Source: Puniceicoccaceae bacterium (GTDB lineage Bacteria; Verrucomicrobiota; Verrucomicrobiia; Opitutales; Oceanipulchritudinaceae). From it: a stretch of DNA of 64,000 nt. Positions 49,250 through 59,282 of this stretch are shown one piece after another; within the stretch, counting starts at the first letter, position 1, and every line of letters starts with the position of its first letter. Under the pieces are notes generated by a model. That model was not told the origin of the DNA and did not search any database. It saw only the letters and a program-made list of their open reading frames with translations. The DNA lies in contig JBFOMH010000012.1 of NCBI GenBank assembly GCA_040830765.1, positions 1 to 64,000 on the forward strand, read 5' to 3'. A program made the translations under genes and the position numbers.

Positions 49250-50653
49250 TCAATAATCCGCAGCGGGAGGTTCGCTGAACTCAGTAGCTCGCCGGGCCGA
49301 CCAAGCCTCCTCCTGGCGGCGTAAAAGGAAAAGCGGACGCTCCAATTCCATTTCCCAAGCGAACAGTTTTTTGAAGAGATCTGCCACGCGTTCGGGCTGG
49401 GCATGAGCCAGGTCATTTTGTTCGCCGGGATCCTCCGCTAGATTGTAGAGCTGGGCAGGGCGGTCAGGAAAACGGAGAAGTTTCCAGTCCCCGTGGCGAA
49501 TGGCCGCGCGAGTCTCCATTTTCCAGTAGAGAGTTTCGTGCGGTCGGCCATCACGCTCGCCCAGGAGGAAGGGAGTCATGTCGATACCATCAAGACCCTC
49601 AATCTCAGAAGGATTACCGCCACCCGCCCGGACGAAAGTTGGAATCAGGTCGAGGGTGCTCAGGGGTTGTTCGTATACCTCCCCGGAGGGCAGTCGGGCT
49701 GGCCAGGCTATCAAACCAGGAACACGGATTCCGCCTTCGAGTTGCGTTCCTTTCACACCGGCAAAGGGATAGTTGCTCGAACCGTTTCGATCCATTGGCC
49801 CCCCATTGTCATTCGTGAAAACGATGATCGTGTTTTCCAGCTCACCGAGGGCACGGAGTTTTTCAATGATTTTCCCGCAAGCCCGGTCCAGTGACGCTGT
49901 CATCTGGGCGTTGATCCGCCGTTCGCCGGAGAGCTGAGGATAGGCGTCTTCATCTTCGGGAGCTGTCTGCATCGGAACGTGCGGTGCGGTGAAAGAAACG
50001 AAGGCAAAAAACGGGCGATCCCGGTTGCGCTCAATAAAGGCGCAGGTTTCGTCGGCGAGCACATCCGTAAGATAGCCTTGGTGTTCCCCGTAGTTCTCAA
50101 AGCCCCGCTCCATGAGATTTTCATGTGCCTGTTCTTCAGGGTTCTCGTAGGGAAAGTAGCTGCGTGCACCGCCGCGGAATCCGTAAAACTCGTCGAAGCC
50201 CCTCAGGAAGGGATGGTAGCGGTCGGCGACACCCATGTGCCACTTCCCGAAGACGGCGGTTTGGTACCCCAGGTCCTGGAGGTAATCGCCCATTGTATCG
50301 AGATCAGTCGGCAGCCCCATTTCGTCACCCAGAAGTTTGCTACTGGAGCTCATAATTCCCGGGACGTTGATTTCCTCGTATCCAAACCGTTGTTGGTATC
50401 GACCTGAAAGCATGCCAGCTCGTGACGGTCCGCATGTGGCGCCAGTAACGTAGAAATTGGATAATCGCACGCCTGACTCGGCGAGCCGGTCGAGGTGCGG
50501 CGTTTCATGATGATGGCTGCCATGAAAGCCAAAGTCCCCGTAGCCTGCATCGTCGGCAAAGAGAAGAATGATATTAGGTTTATCTATGGAGCCCGTTAGT
50601 GACGAAAGGCCGAGGGTGACGACTATCAGAGTCAGTTTAATCGGTATGTGCAT
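49250..50653 (-). CDS. S1 sulfatase resembling S1_19 endo-acting carrageenan galactose-4-sulfatases
   Basis: ADDAGYGDFGF, CGPSRAG, YQQRFGYEEINVPG and GKWH. Subfamily assigned from recalled similarity only. Confidence 0.85.
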   Translation of the reverse strand: MHIPIKLTLIVVTLGLSSLTGSIDKPNIILLFADDAGYGDFGFHGSHHHETPHLDRLAESGVRLSNFYVTGATCGPSRAGMLSGRYQQRFGYEEINVPGIMSSSSKLLGDEMGLPTDLDTMGDYLQDLGYQTAVFGKWHMGVADRYHPFLRGFDEFYGFRGGARSYFPYENPEEQAHENLMERGFENYGEHQGYLTDVLADETCAFIERNRDRPFFAFVSFTAPHVPMQTAPEDEDAYPQLSGERRINAQMTASLDRACGKIIEKLRALGELENTIIVFTNDNGGPMDRNGSSNYPFAGVKGTQLEGGIRVPGLIAWPARLPSGEVYEQPLSTLDLIPTFVRAGGGNPSEIEGLDGIDMTPFLLGERDGRPHETLYWKMETRAAIRHGDWKLLRFPDRPAQLYNLAEDPGEQNDLAHAQPERVADLFKKLFAWEMELERPLFLLRRQEEAWSARRATEFSEPPAADY

Positions 50654-50815
50654 ATCATTGATTCGAGTTGAAGGTGAAATTGTAACGCATTGGAAGAATA
50701 CACTATGATCGCACGGCAAATCTTATTGAGGTTCAACTTCCAACAGGAACATGCCGAGAAGAATGGATGCGGGAACTTTCATAATGTCCGGTGTTAACTA
50801 TTCGACGCTTTGGCG

Positions 50816-53128
50816 CTATTGGAATGAAATCACGATGTCGTCTGCATAACACCGGTCGCCGTTCCAGTTGCCTTGGGAGGTGAAGCGGAGCTCTGCTGCA
50901 GGGCCGAATAAGTACGCACTACTGTCAATGATAGCATTGCCGAAATAGCGCGTCCCGTTTGAGGAAAAACTGGGATTGAGAAACTCGGCCACTGTCTCCC
51001 ACGGACTGGCTGAAGAGGCCCTGAATTGCAGACTGATACCCTCTCCTGAACCGGCACCCTCGTAGACGTAGGTCAGTTCCACTTTGACCCGGGATTTGCC
51101 GACAAGGTTTAAAGTGGGGACAAGCGGCATGATGCCAGTCCGGGTGATCCTGACCGCAGAAGTGCCGCTGTAGGCGTAGGGTGTACTGTTAATCAATTGG
51201 ACAAAGTCATCAGAGTCGTCCCAGTTGCCGATGCCGAAGTCAAAAAAGTCGAAATATAATTGGGTATAGGAGCTTACCTGAATTTCCAGCTGAGCCGTAG
51301 TTGCGCCCCCTGCCGCGTCCACTGCCTGTACATGGAAGGTATTCAGGCCGTTATCCCCGGAAGCGGGTGTCCCTGAGAGGGCTCCATTGTTTGAAACGGA
51401 GAGCCATGCAGGACCGGAAGCCTTGACGTAAGTAAAGGGATCACCCTCCGGATCAGTCGCTTCACCTGCAATGGATGAATTGTAGGTTTCGTTGACCGCT
51501 GCCTCTGGTCGGTAAATAAGACTGGAGGTGAACACTGGTGGCTGATTAACCGGTGTGCGGTCTACCACATCCACAATGACAAACAAGCTGTCACCAACAG
51601 ACGGAAGCACGACCAAATATTCCTGGACTGAACCATCATTGAGGGCGGGAATAACGGTCTGGTGAGTTGTCCAATGCTCAGGAGCCAAAGTGGAGGAAGT
51701 CCTGACGTGCGCAGCCAAAAAGGTATCGTTTCGCAAGCTGAAATGAAAGTTGAAGGTCTGTGGGTTTATAAAGGGACGCACAGCCAACATTGAGGAACTG
51801 CCGGGATTACCACCAAATACATACTCGTACCAATCGTTATCAGAATCCCCATCCTTGTCATCCGCCTTCGAACCGGAAAGATTGTAGGTGCTGATGTAAG
51901 TGCTCAGGGGCCCGGGCTGGATGGAGACATGAAGCGTTGCGGTATCCTGTTTGTCGTAATCACTTACTTGGACAGTAAAGGCATTCGTACCAACATTACC
52001 CATGCCTGGAGTTCCGGAAAGAGTGCCGTCTTCAGCCACACTGAGCCAGCCGGGGCCGGAAACCTTGGAGAATGTCAGGGCGTCTCCCTCGGGATCGGTT
52101 GCATTGGCTGCAAGACTCCCGGAAATCGGCATCCCTTCGGTCGCACTACTGGAGACAGGATCGCTGGTAAATCTCGGGGCTTGATTCGGGGCACGCTGCC
52201 AGACCCGGATATAATCAACAACATACTCCACGTCCGGAGTATTGATACCCGGCACACCCCACCACGGGAAGATTTCCGAGTCAGCCCAGATGTGCTGCCC
52301 GGCAGTCAGTGGCCAACGTGTTGAGGGAACATAGGGTGGGTTAAGATAAACGCCGCTCTCTACATCGGTTTTCTTGACGTCGTAGTGAAGAACACCGTCA
52401 ACATAGATCTTCACTCCTTGGTTATCCCATTCCGCCGCCACAATGTGAAATCCTTCACTGAAGTCGAAATCCGGTGAGATATCCTTCGTTTGCGTCCAGG
52501 CATTGTTCGGATTCGATCCGTAATACCAGTCGTGAATGGAAGACCAAAGCTTGTTGTCCCTTTGTCCGATACCGACACCTTCAAAGACATCAAGTTCCGC
52601 GCCACTACCGGTTGTCCAGAAAGCCCCCGTCGTGTACGCATTGGGTAACCGGCACCGGATTTCCATGTACCCCTGGTTGAAGGTCTGCTTACTTGAAATA
52701 CCACCTGTTGTATACTGAAACGGGTAGACACTTGGATCCGGGAAGTCGCGTGACTGCGGTTTCCAGTCATAGTCCGGCTCGTACTTGGTGGTGATCTTCA
52801 GGAAGCCCCCGTCTACGCGAACGTTGCCAGGGGAGAATTGCCAACCCGTATCCCAGTTGTCGCCCAAAGCCGTACTGTACCCACGCCCGACAAAATTTGA
52901 GCGATATTCCCCATTCCTGCCCTGGACAAGCCACTTGTTTTCGTCGACACCCGTACCATCGGGCTGGGTGCCGCTGAATTCATCGCTCATATTGCCCAGC
53001 AGAATCCAATTGCCCTGATTTGTCGGATCGGTGTGCGGATAGGGTTGTGCGACCAGCACACCACTTACCATCAAAGTGAAAATGGTAACATTCAGAAAGC
53101 TGACGATATGCAAGTACTTGAAATTCAT
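50816..53128 (-). CDS. Multimodular secreted GH16 (porphyranase/carrageenase-like) with two cadherin/Ig-like repeats
   Basis: SDEF and ELDVFE; repeated ATDPEGD..T..K.SGP.WLSV...G.LSGTP. Confidence 0.85.
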   Translation of the reverse strand: MNFKYLHIVSFLNVTIFTLMVSGVLVAQPYPHTDPTNQGNWILLGNMSDEFSGTQPDGTGVDENKWLVQGRNGEYRSNFVGRGYSTALGDNWDTGWQFSPGNVRVDGGFLKITTKYEPDYDWKPQSRDFPDPSVYPFQYTTGGISSKQTFNQGYMEIRCRLPNAYTTGAFWTTGSGAELDVFEGVGIGQRDNKLWSSIHDWYYGSNPNNAWTQTKDISPDFDFSEGFHIVAAEWDNQGVKIYVDGVLHYDVKKTDVESGVYLNPPYVPSTRWPLTAGQHIWADSEIFPWWGVPGINTPDVEYVVDYIRVWQRAPNQAPRFTSDPVSSSATEGMPISGSLAANATDPEGDALTFSKVSGPGWLSVAEDGTLSGTPGMGNVGTNAFTVQVSDYDKQDTATLHVSIQPGPLSTYISTYNLSGSKADDKDGDSDNDWYEYVFGGNPGSSSMLAVRPFINPQTFNFHFSLRNDTFLAAHVRTSSTLAPEHWTTHQTVIPALNDGSVQEYLVVLPSVGDSLFVIVDVVDRTPVNQPPVFTSSLIYRPEAAVNETYNSSIAGEATDPEGDPFTYVKASGPAWLSVSNNGALSGTPASGDNGLNTFHVQAVDAAGGATTAQLEIQVSSYTQLYFDFFDFGIGNWDDSDDFVQLINSTPYAYSGTSAVRITRTGIMPLVPTLNLVGKSRVKVELTYVYEGAGSGEGISLQFRASSASPWETVAEFLNPSFSSNGTRYFGNAIIDSSAYLFGPAAELRFTSQGNWNGDRCYADDIVISFQ

Positions 53129-53172
53129 GAGATCAATGTTTGAGCATTACCGTTCAAGGTAACAAACCGACT

Positions 53173-54147
53173 TCACCCGGCTTTCTTTTGCCACACCCGG
53201 ACGTATTCGATTTCAAACTCGACCATTCCGTCGCCTTTGGTGGCCTCGTCTTCATTCAACTCCAGGTCCTCCGCGCTGGTAGGAATGCCATGCCAGGGGA
53301 AGATTTCCATATCGAGCCATATCCGGATGGGAACCGTGGCCACATAGCCGTTGTAGTTCTTGCCCACGTCGCGGTTCTCGCGCGCCCATGCAGTTGCTTC
53401 CTCGGCCGTCACGCTGGAGAACAACTTCCCATCGACATAGTATTTAATTCCCTTTGCGTCCCATTCGACTCCATAGACATGGAAGTCATCGGCGACCCGG
53501 AAACCAAGATCCTTGCGCTCCGTGTAAGCCGGCTTCCCGTTCAACTTGTCCCAGTCCCGGATCGACCACCAGAGCTGGCTGTCGAGGTGGGACTTCTGGC
53601 GACCGTCCCCGTACTGCTCGAAGAAATCGAATTCGAATTTTTCGCCCATCGACCAGAATCCGCTGGTGACCTGGGCATCGGCGGCCTTGCTCTTGATCTC
53701 AATGTATCCATAGAGGAACGGTTTGCGCGACCGGATGCAGGCCGTGGTGATATTTTCATACGGCAGGGGGTCGCCGAAGACCGGTTTACGTATCTCATCA
53801 CTGAAGGGAAAGTCGGGTTCCCACTTTGTCTGCAGCTTCAGCTTTCCATCATCCAGGCGATAGTTCCTTCCGGAGAATTGGGAAGGTGCCCTGCCCTTCC
53901 AAACCCACTTCCTGGGGAAATCCGGATCCACGTAGCGTGGCTTCCCTTTCTTGAACTTGCCGACAATGAACCAGCGATCCTCGTCGAGGGTTTCGTCTTC
54001 AAATTCATCGCTAACGACATCGTCATAGAACCAACCACCAGTATTCTCTGGATCCGAGAGGGGAAGTACGTTGGGGACTTCTGCAATTACCGAAGTAGCC
54101 AGCGTAAGGAGACAGATTCCCAAGGAAACTGTGAGAAGATTTTTCAT
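53173..54147 (-). CDS. Secreted GH16 (porphyranase/furcellaranase-like)
   Basis: LPLSDPENTGGW, WKGRAPSQF, EFDFFE and FHVYGVEW. Confidence 0.88.
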   Translation of the reverse strand: MKNLLTVSLGICLLTLATSVIAEVPNVLPLSDPENTGGWFYDDVVSDEFEDETLDEDRWFIVGKFKKGKPRYVDPDFPRKWVWKGRAPSQFSGRNYRLDDGKLKLQTKWEPDFPFSDEIRKPVFGDPLPYENITTACIRSRKPFLYGYIEIKSKAADAQVTSGFWSMGEKFEFDFFEQYGDGRQKSHLDSQLWWSIRDWDKLNGKPAYTERKDLGFRVADDFHVYGVEWDAKGIKYYVDGKLFSSVTAEEATAWARENRDVGKNYNGYVATVPIRIWLDMEIFPWHGIPTSAEDLELNEDEATKGDGMVEFEIEYVRVWQKKAG

Positions 54148-54174
54148 GATATAGCTCTTTCTGGCTAAACTTGC

Positions 54175-55596
54175 CTATTTCTTGACGATGCGAATATCGT
54201 CGATGTAGAGGCAGCCTTTACCTTCCGGCACACTGGTCTTGCCAAAGCGAAAACGCAGGCGATCATATGGACCCGATGCCGAGGTGCGCTCAAAGGTTTG
54301 CTTAAGGGTGACCCACTTTCCTTTTTCAACCCCGGTAAGGTCGATGCGCTCGAGCTTCAAGCCGGGATCGGCCAGGCTGACATCAAAGTACTCGAGGCTG
54401 CAGTTCTCCTCGAGGTAGACTTGAAGGGAGAATTCGAAGGTCCCGCAAGGGATGTCAACTGCCTTTGCCGGGGTCTCGATAGCGAGGTCTCCAATCAGGT
54501 TGTCCGGATTGAACTTGAGGCTCTTGCGTCCCTTGGCAGCTATCCCCTTGACAATGGAGAAGTGGGCCAGTTCGTGCTCCCCGATTCTCCAGAACTTCTG
54601 ATACTCGTTGTTCTCACTGCTCTCCGGAAGGAGATCGAGAGGAATAGGATACTCGTCGTCAAAGAGGATGGGTCCTTCGAAGCCGAAAAATTGCGGGGCG
54701 AGGAGATTCTCCTGCGGCTTCTGCCAGACCCGGACATAATCGATTTCATAGTCCACCGGAAGTTCCTCCGCATGCGGGAGACCCAGCCAGACAAAAATTT
54801 CGGAATCAAACCAGATTTCCAGAGGGTTATTGAGCACCCAGCTGATGCCCTCCTTTTCCTGGGTCGTCTCGTAGACGAGTTTTCCATCCAGATAGACCTT
54901 GAGGTAGTCCTCACCCCACTCGCAGCCATAGACATGGAATTCATCCGCGACCCGGAAGGGCAGCTTGTCCTTGTAGCCGAAGCGACGGGTCGGTCGCTTG
55001 GCCGGCGGGGACCAGTCGTGGATGGACAACTTCCAGGTGTCTTCATGGATGTCGCCTTGGATCTTCGGGTTCCCCATCTGCTCGTAGATGTCCAACTCGG
55101 ACTCGTAACCGATGGCCCAGAAGGAACTGGTCATGGCGGCATCGCCCGCCTTTGTCCGGACTTCCATGTAACCGTAAAGGAAACGGCGTTTGGTGATGAC
55201 GCCTGCGGTTGTTACTGGCATCGGCTTGCCTTCCCAGACACCATAGGTGTCGTTGCGCGTACCATCGGCATACGATTCACTGGCGAAGGGATAGTCGGGC
55301 TCCCATTGCGTCCGCAACTTGAGCATGCCATCTTCGACGATGACATTGTGGGGAACAAACTGGGACGGCGGTCGGCCCTTCCAGATGTAGTACTCATTAT
55401 TGTCACCCTGAACAAACCACTTGGAGCGATCGATTTCGGTGCCGTTGAACTCGTCACTGACGGACTCGTTAAGGATCCAGCCACCTGTATTTTCAGGGTC
55501 GGAAAGCGGAAGCGGTCCAGCCTGTAAGGCGCTGGATAGTGAGGCCAGAAGGATCCCGGGCAAAAGTAACCGGAGGTGATTTGAGAGAGATTGCAT
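54175..55596 (-). CDS. Secreted GH16 with C-terminal CBM-like domain
   Basis: LPLSDPENTGGW, WKGRPPSQF and ELDIYE; ends LYIDDIRI. Confidence 0.88.
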   Translation of the reverse strand: MQSLSNHLRLLLPGILLASLSSALQAGPLPLSDPENTGGWILNESVSDEFNGTEIDRSKWFVQGDNNEYYIWKGRPPSQFVPHNVIVEDGMLKLRTQWEPDYPFASESYADGTRNDTYGVWEGKPMPVTTAGVITKRRFLYGYMEVRTKAGDAAMTSSFWAIGYESELDIYEQMGNPKIQGDIHEDTWKLSIHDWSPPAKRPTRRFGYKDKLPFRVADEFHVYGCEWGEDYLKVYLDGKLVYETTQEKEGISWVLNNPLEIWFDSEIFVWLGLPHAEELPVDYEIDYVRVWQKPQENLLAPQFFGFEGPILFDDEYPIPLDLLPESSENNEYQKFWRIGEHELAHFSIVKGIAAKGRKSLKFNPDNLIGDLAIETPAKAVDIPCGTFEFSLQVYLEENCSLEYFDVSLADPGLKLERIDLTGVEKGKWVTLKQTFERTSASGPYDRLRFRFGKTSVPEGKGCLYIDDIRIVKK

Positions 55597-55629
55597 TATT
55601 ATATTAGGTTTCGAATTAAAGGTAGGGAC

Positions 55630-57618
55630 TTATTTATCTCCATGGTTCCAGAGAACCGGAAGAAAGACTGTCATCTCGGCTGCTCCCCGATTGCTCCAGG
55701 CATAGTAGGGAATGAATTGTGCGGTGTATCCGTTGAATTCAGGCCTCTTGACCGGGTTGTACATGCCGTCGCCATGGTCCTTGCGCAAGAGGACCTTCCC
55801 GTGGATGGTAGCCAGACCACCAAGAAAATGTGGCTGATGTTTCAGGGTGAGTTCGGACTCCCCTGGAAGATAGACATCGACAATGCCCGCTTCATCCGGG
55901 AGGTCCGGCGATTCGATGCAATAGACCACCGGACCCCGCTTGATAGCGACCTGGTTGCGCACTTCCTCGATCCGGGTATGGCCCTCGATTAGCTTGATAT
56001 CCATTGGCAGGACGAGTTCGATCAGATCGCCCGCCCTCCAATTGCGCTTCAATTGGGCGAATGTCCCGGGGACCAAATCAACTCCGGCATCTTCGCCGTT
56101 TATGGCAAGCGTACAGTCCGTCGCCCAGTCCGGAATCCGGAGAAGGATTTCAAACGGGTCCTCCTTGCAGGCATCGATGGTAATTCGAATGGTGCCGTCC
56201 CAAGGATAGTCGGTCTCCTGCGTTAATTGAAGTTCAGAACCATCGGCAAGGGCGGTGGAAAGCTGGTTCCCTCCGTAAAGATTCACCGAGACTCCATTCT
56301 CTGTCAGGCTGTAGGCCCAGGAAGAGGACTTGGCAACAGTGCGAACCAGGTTGGGCGGACAGCAGAAACAGTACAGGTAAGGCAAGCGGTCCGGCGACTC
56401 CGTGTTCATGGTTGAGTAGTCCCGCGCTCCATCAATCTTCCGTAATGGATTGGCGTAATAATACTTCGTCCCGCAGGCACTGATTCCGGAAAGACCGCTG
56501 TTGTGGAGGACTAATTCCATGATATCCGCATACTTGGACTCACCCTTGATTCCGAGCATGCGGTAACTAAACATGGCATTGCAGATATTGGCGCAGGTCT
56601 CGTTATAGGCGGTCATGTTGGGCATCATGTACTCGTCGATGAAGCCTTCCTCGATCATGTCCCGCCGCGAAGAAGCACCATAATGAGTCTGCCCAAGGGC
56701 CCCGGTGGCATACATCTTTTTCCGGGTGACATTTTCCCAGAGCCGGTCGAGGGCATCAATGAGAGCTTGCTCGCCTGTTTCCGCGTAAACATCAGCAGCC
56801 CCGGCATAGTAATAGAGGGCCAGCACAGCATGACCGACGGCCTCGGTTTCCTCACGCAGGGGTATGCGCTCCTGAACCATATCTCCGATTGGATAGCCCT
56901 CCGTGGAGGCGTCATGAACCATCTCGGATTGGCCACGGTTGTTGATGAAAATTTCAGCCAGCTGGAGGTAGCGCTTGTCCTTGACGGTCCGATACAGCTC
57001 TACAAGGCCCATGATCTGGGTCTGGTTAAATCCGAACCGCATCAACTCAGGGGGACACGGCATAAAGCGCTCGCAAAGCAGGTCCGCGTTCTTGATCGCG
57101 ATGTCGAGGAAGTTCCGCTTCCCCGTCATCCGGTGATGAATACAGGCTGCCGTGTACAGATGGCCGCAGTTGTACATCTCGTGGTACTTCCGGTTCGAGA
57201 AGTGACCAATGTCATTTATCTGAATATAGGCATGGAGGTAACCATCTTGCTCCTGGGCCTGGCCGATAATGCCGATGACCTCGTCCAAGTCCGTGGCGAG
57301 CGACTCATCCCTATTCAGGGCATAAACGTAGCTGGCGGCCTCGATCCACTTGTAGAAATCACCGTCATGCCAGAATTCGCCCTGGTGCTCACCCTCTTTC
57401 AGTCCGGCGGCAATTTTTAAGTTGTTCAAGGCATGACCGGTATCCCCTTTAAGCAAGTCACCCATGTAGGGAACCATGACCTCCTCGCAGAGCTTGGTCT
57501 TGTCGGCCCAAAAGCCCTTGATCCATCGGCAGTCGCCGTGGTTGATGCCCTTCAACCGGACGTGCGGGCTGGAGGAGTTGTCGATGATGGCTCGGGAACT
57601 GGGTACGGTTGAATCCAT
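55630..57618 (-). CDS. GH127 glycosidase, candidate alpha-3,6-anhydro-D-galactosidase
   Basis: HEMYNCGHL, GHAV, YNETCA, CFCCPPN and IPYYAWSNRG; no signal peptide. Confidence 0.88.
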   Translation of the reverse strand: MDSTVPSSRAIIDNSSSPHVRLKGINHGDCRWIKGFWADKTKLCEEVMVPYMGDLLKGDTGHALNNLKIAAGLKEGEHQGEFWHDGDFYKWIEAASYVYALNRDESLATDLDEVIGIIGQAQEQDGYLHAYIQINDIGHFSNRKYHEMYNCGHLYTAACIHHRMTGKRNFLDIAIKNADLLCERFMPCPPELMRFGFNQTQIMGLVELYRTVKDKRYLQLAEIFINNRGQSEMVHDASTEGYPIGDMVQERIPLREETEAVGHAVLALYYYAGAADVYAETGEQALIDALDRLWENVTRKKMYATGALGQTHYGASSRRDMIEEGFIDEYMMPNMTAYNETCANICNAMFSYRMLGIKGESKYADIMELVLHNSGLSGISACGTKYYYANPLRKIDGARDYSTMNTESPDRLPYLYCFCCPPNLVRTVAKSSSWAYSLTENGVSVNLYGGNQLSTALADGSELQLTQETDYPWDGTIRITIDACKEDPFEILLRIPDWATDCTLAINGEDAGVDLVPGTFAQLKRNWRAGDLIELVLPMDIKLIEGHTRIEEVRNQVAIKRGPVVYCIESPDLPDEAGIVDVYLPGESELTLKHQPHFLGGLATIHGKVLLRKDHGDGMYNPVKRPEFNGYTAQFIPYYAWSNRGAAEMTVFLPVLWNHGDK

Positions 57619-57633
57619 GATCAGAAAGAGTTG

Positions 57634-59202
57634 TTACTTCTTCGCCATTGCTTCCTGAATCTCCTCGATACTCATGTTCTTGGTCTCGATGAGTGTGAAG
57701 AACAGGATAGTCATCCCCACGGCCACGGTAACCGCATAAAAGAGGAGGATGGTGCTCATGCCCATATTCTCCAATTGCCAGGGGAAAAACTTCTGTACAA
57801 CGTAATTGGTCAGGCTGGTGACGATAGTGAAAAACGGGATAGCGATCCCGCGGACGGAAATGGGAAAGAGTTCCGAGAACAGCACCCACATCACCGGACC
57901 AACGGAAAACTGGAAGGCGGCAATGAAACTGAGGATGCCAATGAGAACCAGGGTAGCATTCATCGTAACCGCATTCTCGAGCAGGATACTTTGGTACTTC
58001 TGGGCCTCGGTTGTCCCGAGTGCTTCGTCCAATGCCCGCTTGAAAGCGATATCACTGTCGTACTGCACACCGATCATCGGTGCCAGGCGGGACGCGTCCG
58101 GGATTTCCTCCAGATTGGCAATGGATTCCGGCGTGAGAGTATAGGTGGCCTGGTGAAAGTTATAGGAAGAAACCCCGAGGCTGATGATGACCCAGAGCAT
58201 TCCACCAATGACCATGGGCCGGCGCCCAATCTTGTCGATGAGCAGCAATCCCAAGGTAGTGAAAACCACACTGATCAGGCCCACCCAGATTGCCTGGGAA
58301 AAAGCGGCATCGGTACCGATTCCCAGTTGCTTGAAGACCGTCTGGGCATAAAAGAGGATGGCATTGATCCCGGTGGCTTGCTGGGCAATGGCAATCGTCA
58401 GGGCGATGATGAACGTAAGGCGCATCGAATTTCCAAATAGCTCCTTCAACTGGGCCTTGATCGTCCCCTCATCCGCGCTCCGGAGAAGGCTTTCCTTCAT
58501 TTCCACGATATGATGCTCAACCGCGGCCTCATCTGGCAGCAGCTTGCGTAATGTCCGTTTGGAATCCTCCACCCTTTCTCGCAGAAACAGCCAGGAGGGG
58601 CTTTCCGGAATAATCAGGACCAGAAGAAACCAAATGATCGCCACCGGAATTTCCGAGCCCAGCATCCAGCGCCAAATGTAGGTGTCGATACCCAAGGCCT
58701 GCACCCATCCGGCACCAGAACCCGCCCATTGGTAGATCCAGAGGTTGACGAAGTAAGCCCCGGACAAGCCGACCACAATATTGAACTGGGTCATGAAGAC
58801 CAGCTTCCCGCGCCACTTCGGTGGAGCGATTTCTCCAATGTACATGGAGGCCAGGGAAATCGAGCTAAAGGCCAGGCCACCAAGAAACCGGGCCACCACC
58901 AGCACTTCGTAACTGGGAGCATAGGCGGATGCCACGGCCGAGATGAGATAGAGGGCAGCAACTGTCAGGATGGCCTTCTTGCGGCCAAAGCGATCACAGA
59001 TGTAGCCGGCAAAGGGCAATGCTATCAGCACCCCGAGAGCGGGCGCGCTGACCACCGTCCCCAGTTGGATGGAGGTGAGGCCAAACTCCTCAACAAGATA
59101 GTCGGTCGTGCCGGCAATGAGGGCGGCATCGAGCCCGAAGAGGAATCCGCCCATGGCGACGATGGCGGCGTAAATAAAGGCATTCAGGTTTTGGGATTTC
59201 AT
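57634..59202 (-). CDS. MFS sugar porter
   Basis: GGFLFGLD, DRFGRK, PESP, QQATGINAI.FY and DKIGRR. Start placed at ATG 59202. Confidence 0.93.
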   Translation of the reverse strand: MKSQNLNAFIYAAIVAMGGFLFGLDAALIAGTTDYLVEEFGLTSIQLGTVVSAPALGVLIALPFAGYICDRFGRKKAILTVAALYLISAVASAYAPSYEVLVVARFLGGLAFSSISLASMYIGEIAPPKWRGKLVFMTQFNIVVGLSGAYFVNLWIYQWAGSGAGWVQALGIDTYIWRWMLGSEIPVAIIWFLLVLIIPESPSWLFLRERVEDSKRTLRKLLPDEAAVEHHIVEMKESLLRSADEGTIKAQLKELFGNSMRLTFIIALTIAIAQQATGINAILFYAQTVFKQLGIGTDAAFSQAIWVGLISVVFTTLGLLLIDKIGRRPMVIGGMLWVIISLGVSSYNFHQATYTLTPESIANLEEIPDASRLAPMIGVQYDSDIAFKRALDEALGTTEAQKYQSILLENAVTMNATLVLIGILSFIAAFQFSVGPVMWVLFSELFPISVRGIAIPFFTIVTSLTNYVVQKFFPWQLENMGMSTILLFYAVTVAVGMTILFFTLIETKNMSIEEIQEAMAKK

Positions 59203-59282
59203 AGGAGTAGTAAGATGTACGGGGTCTTTGGATTCATAGGTTAACAGGCTAAATCGTTCAATCAGCAAAGCAGACCCGCCTA

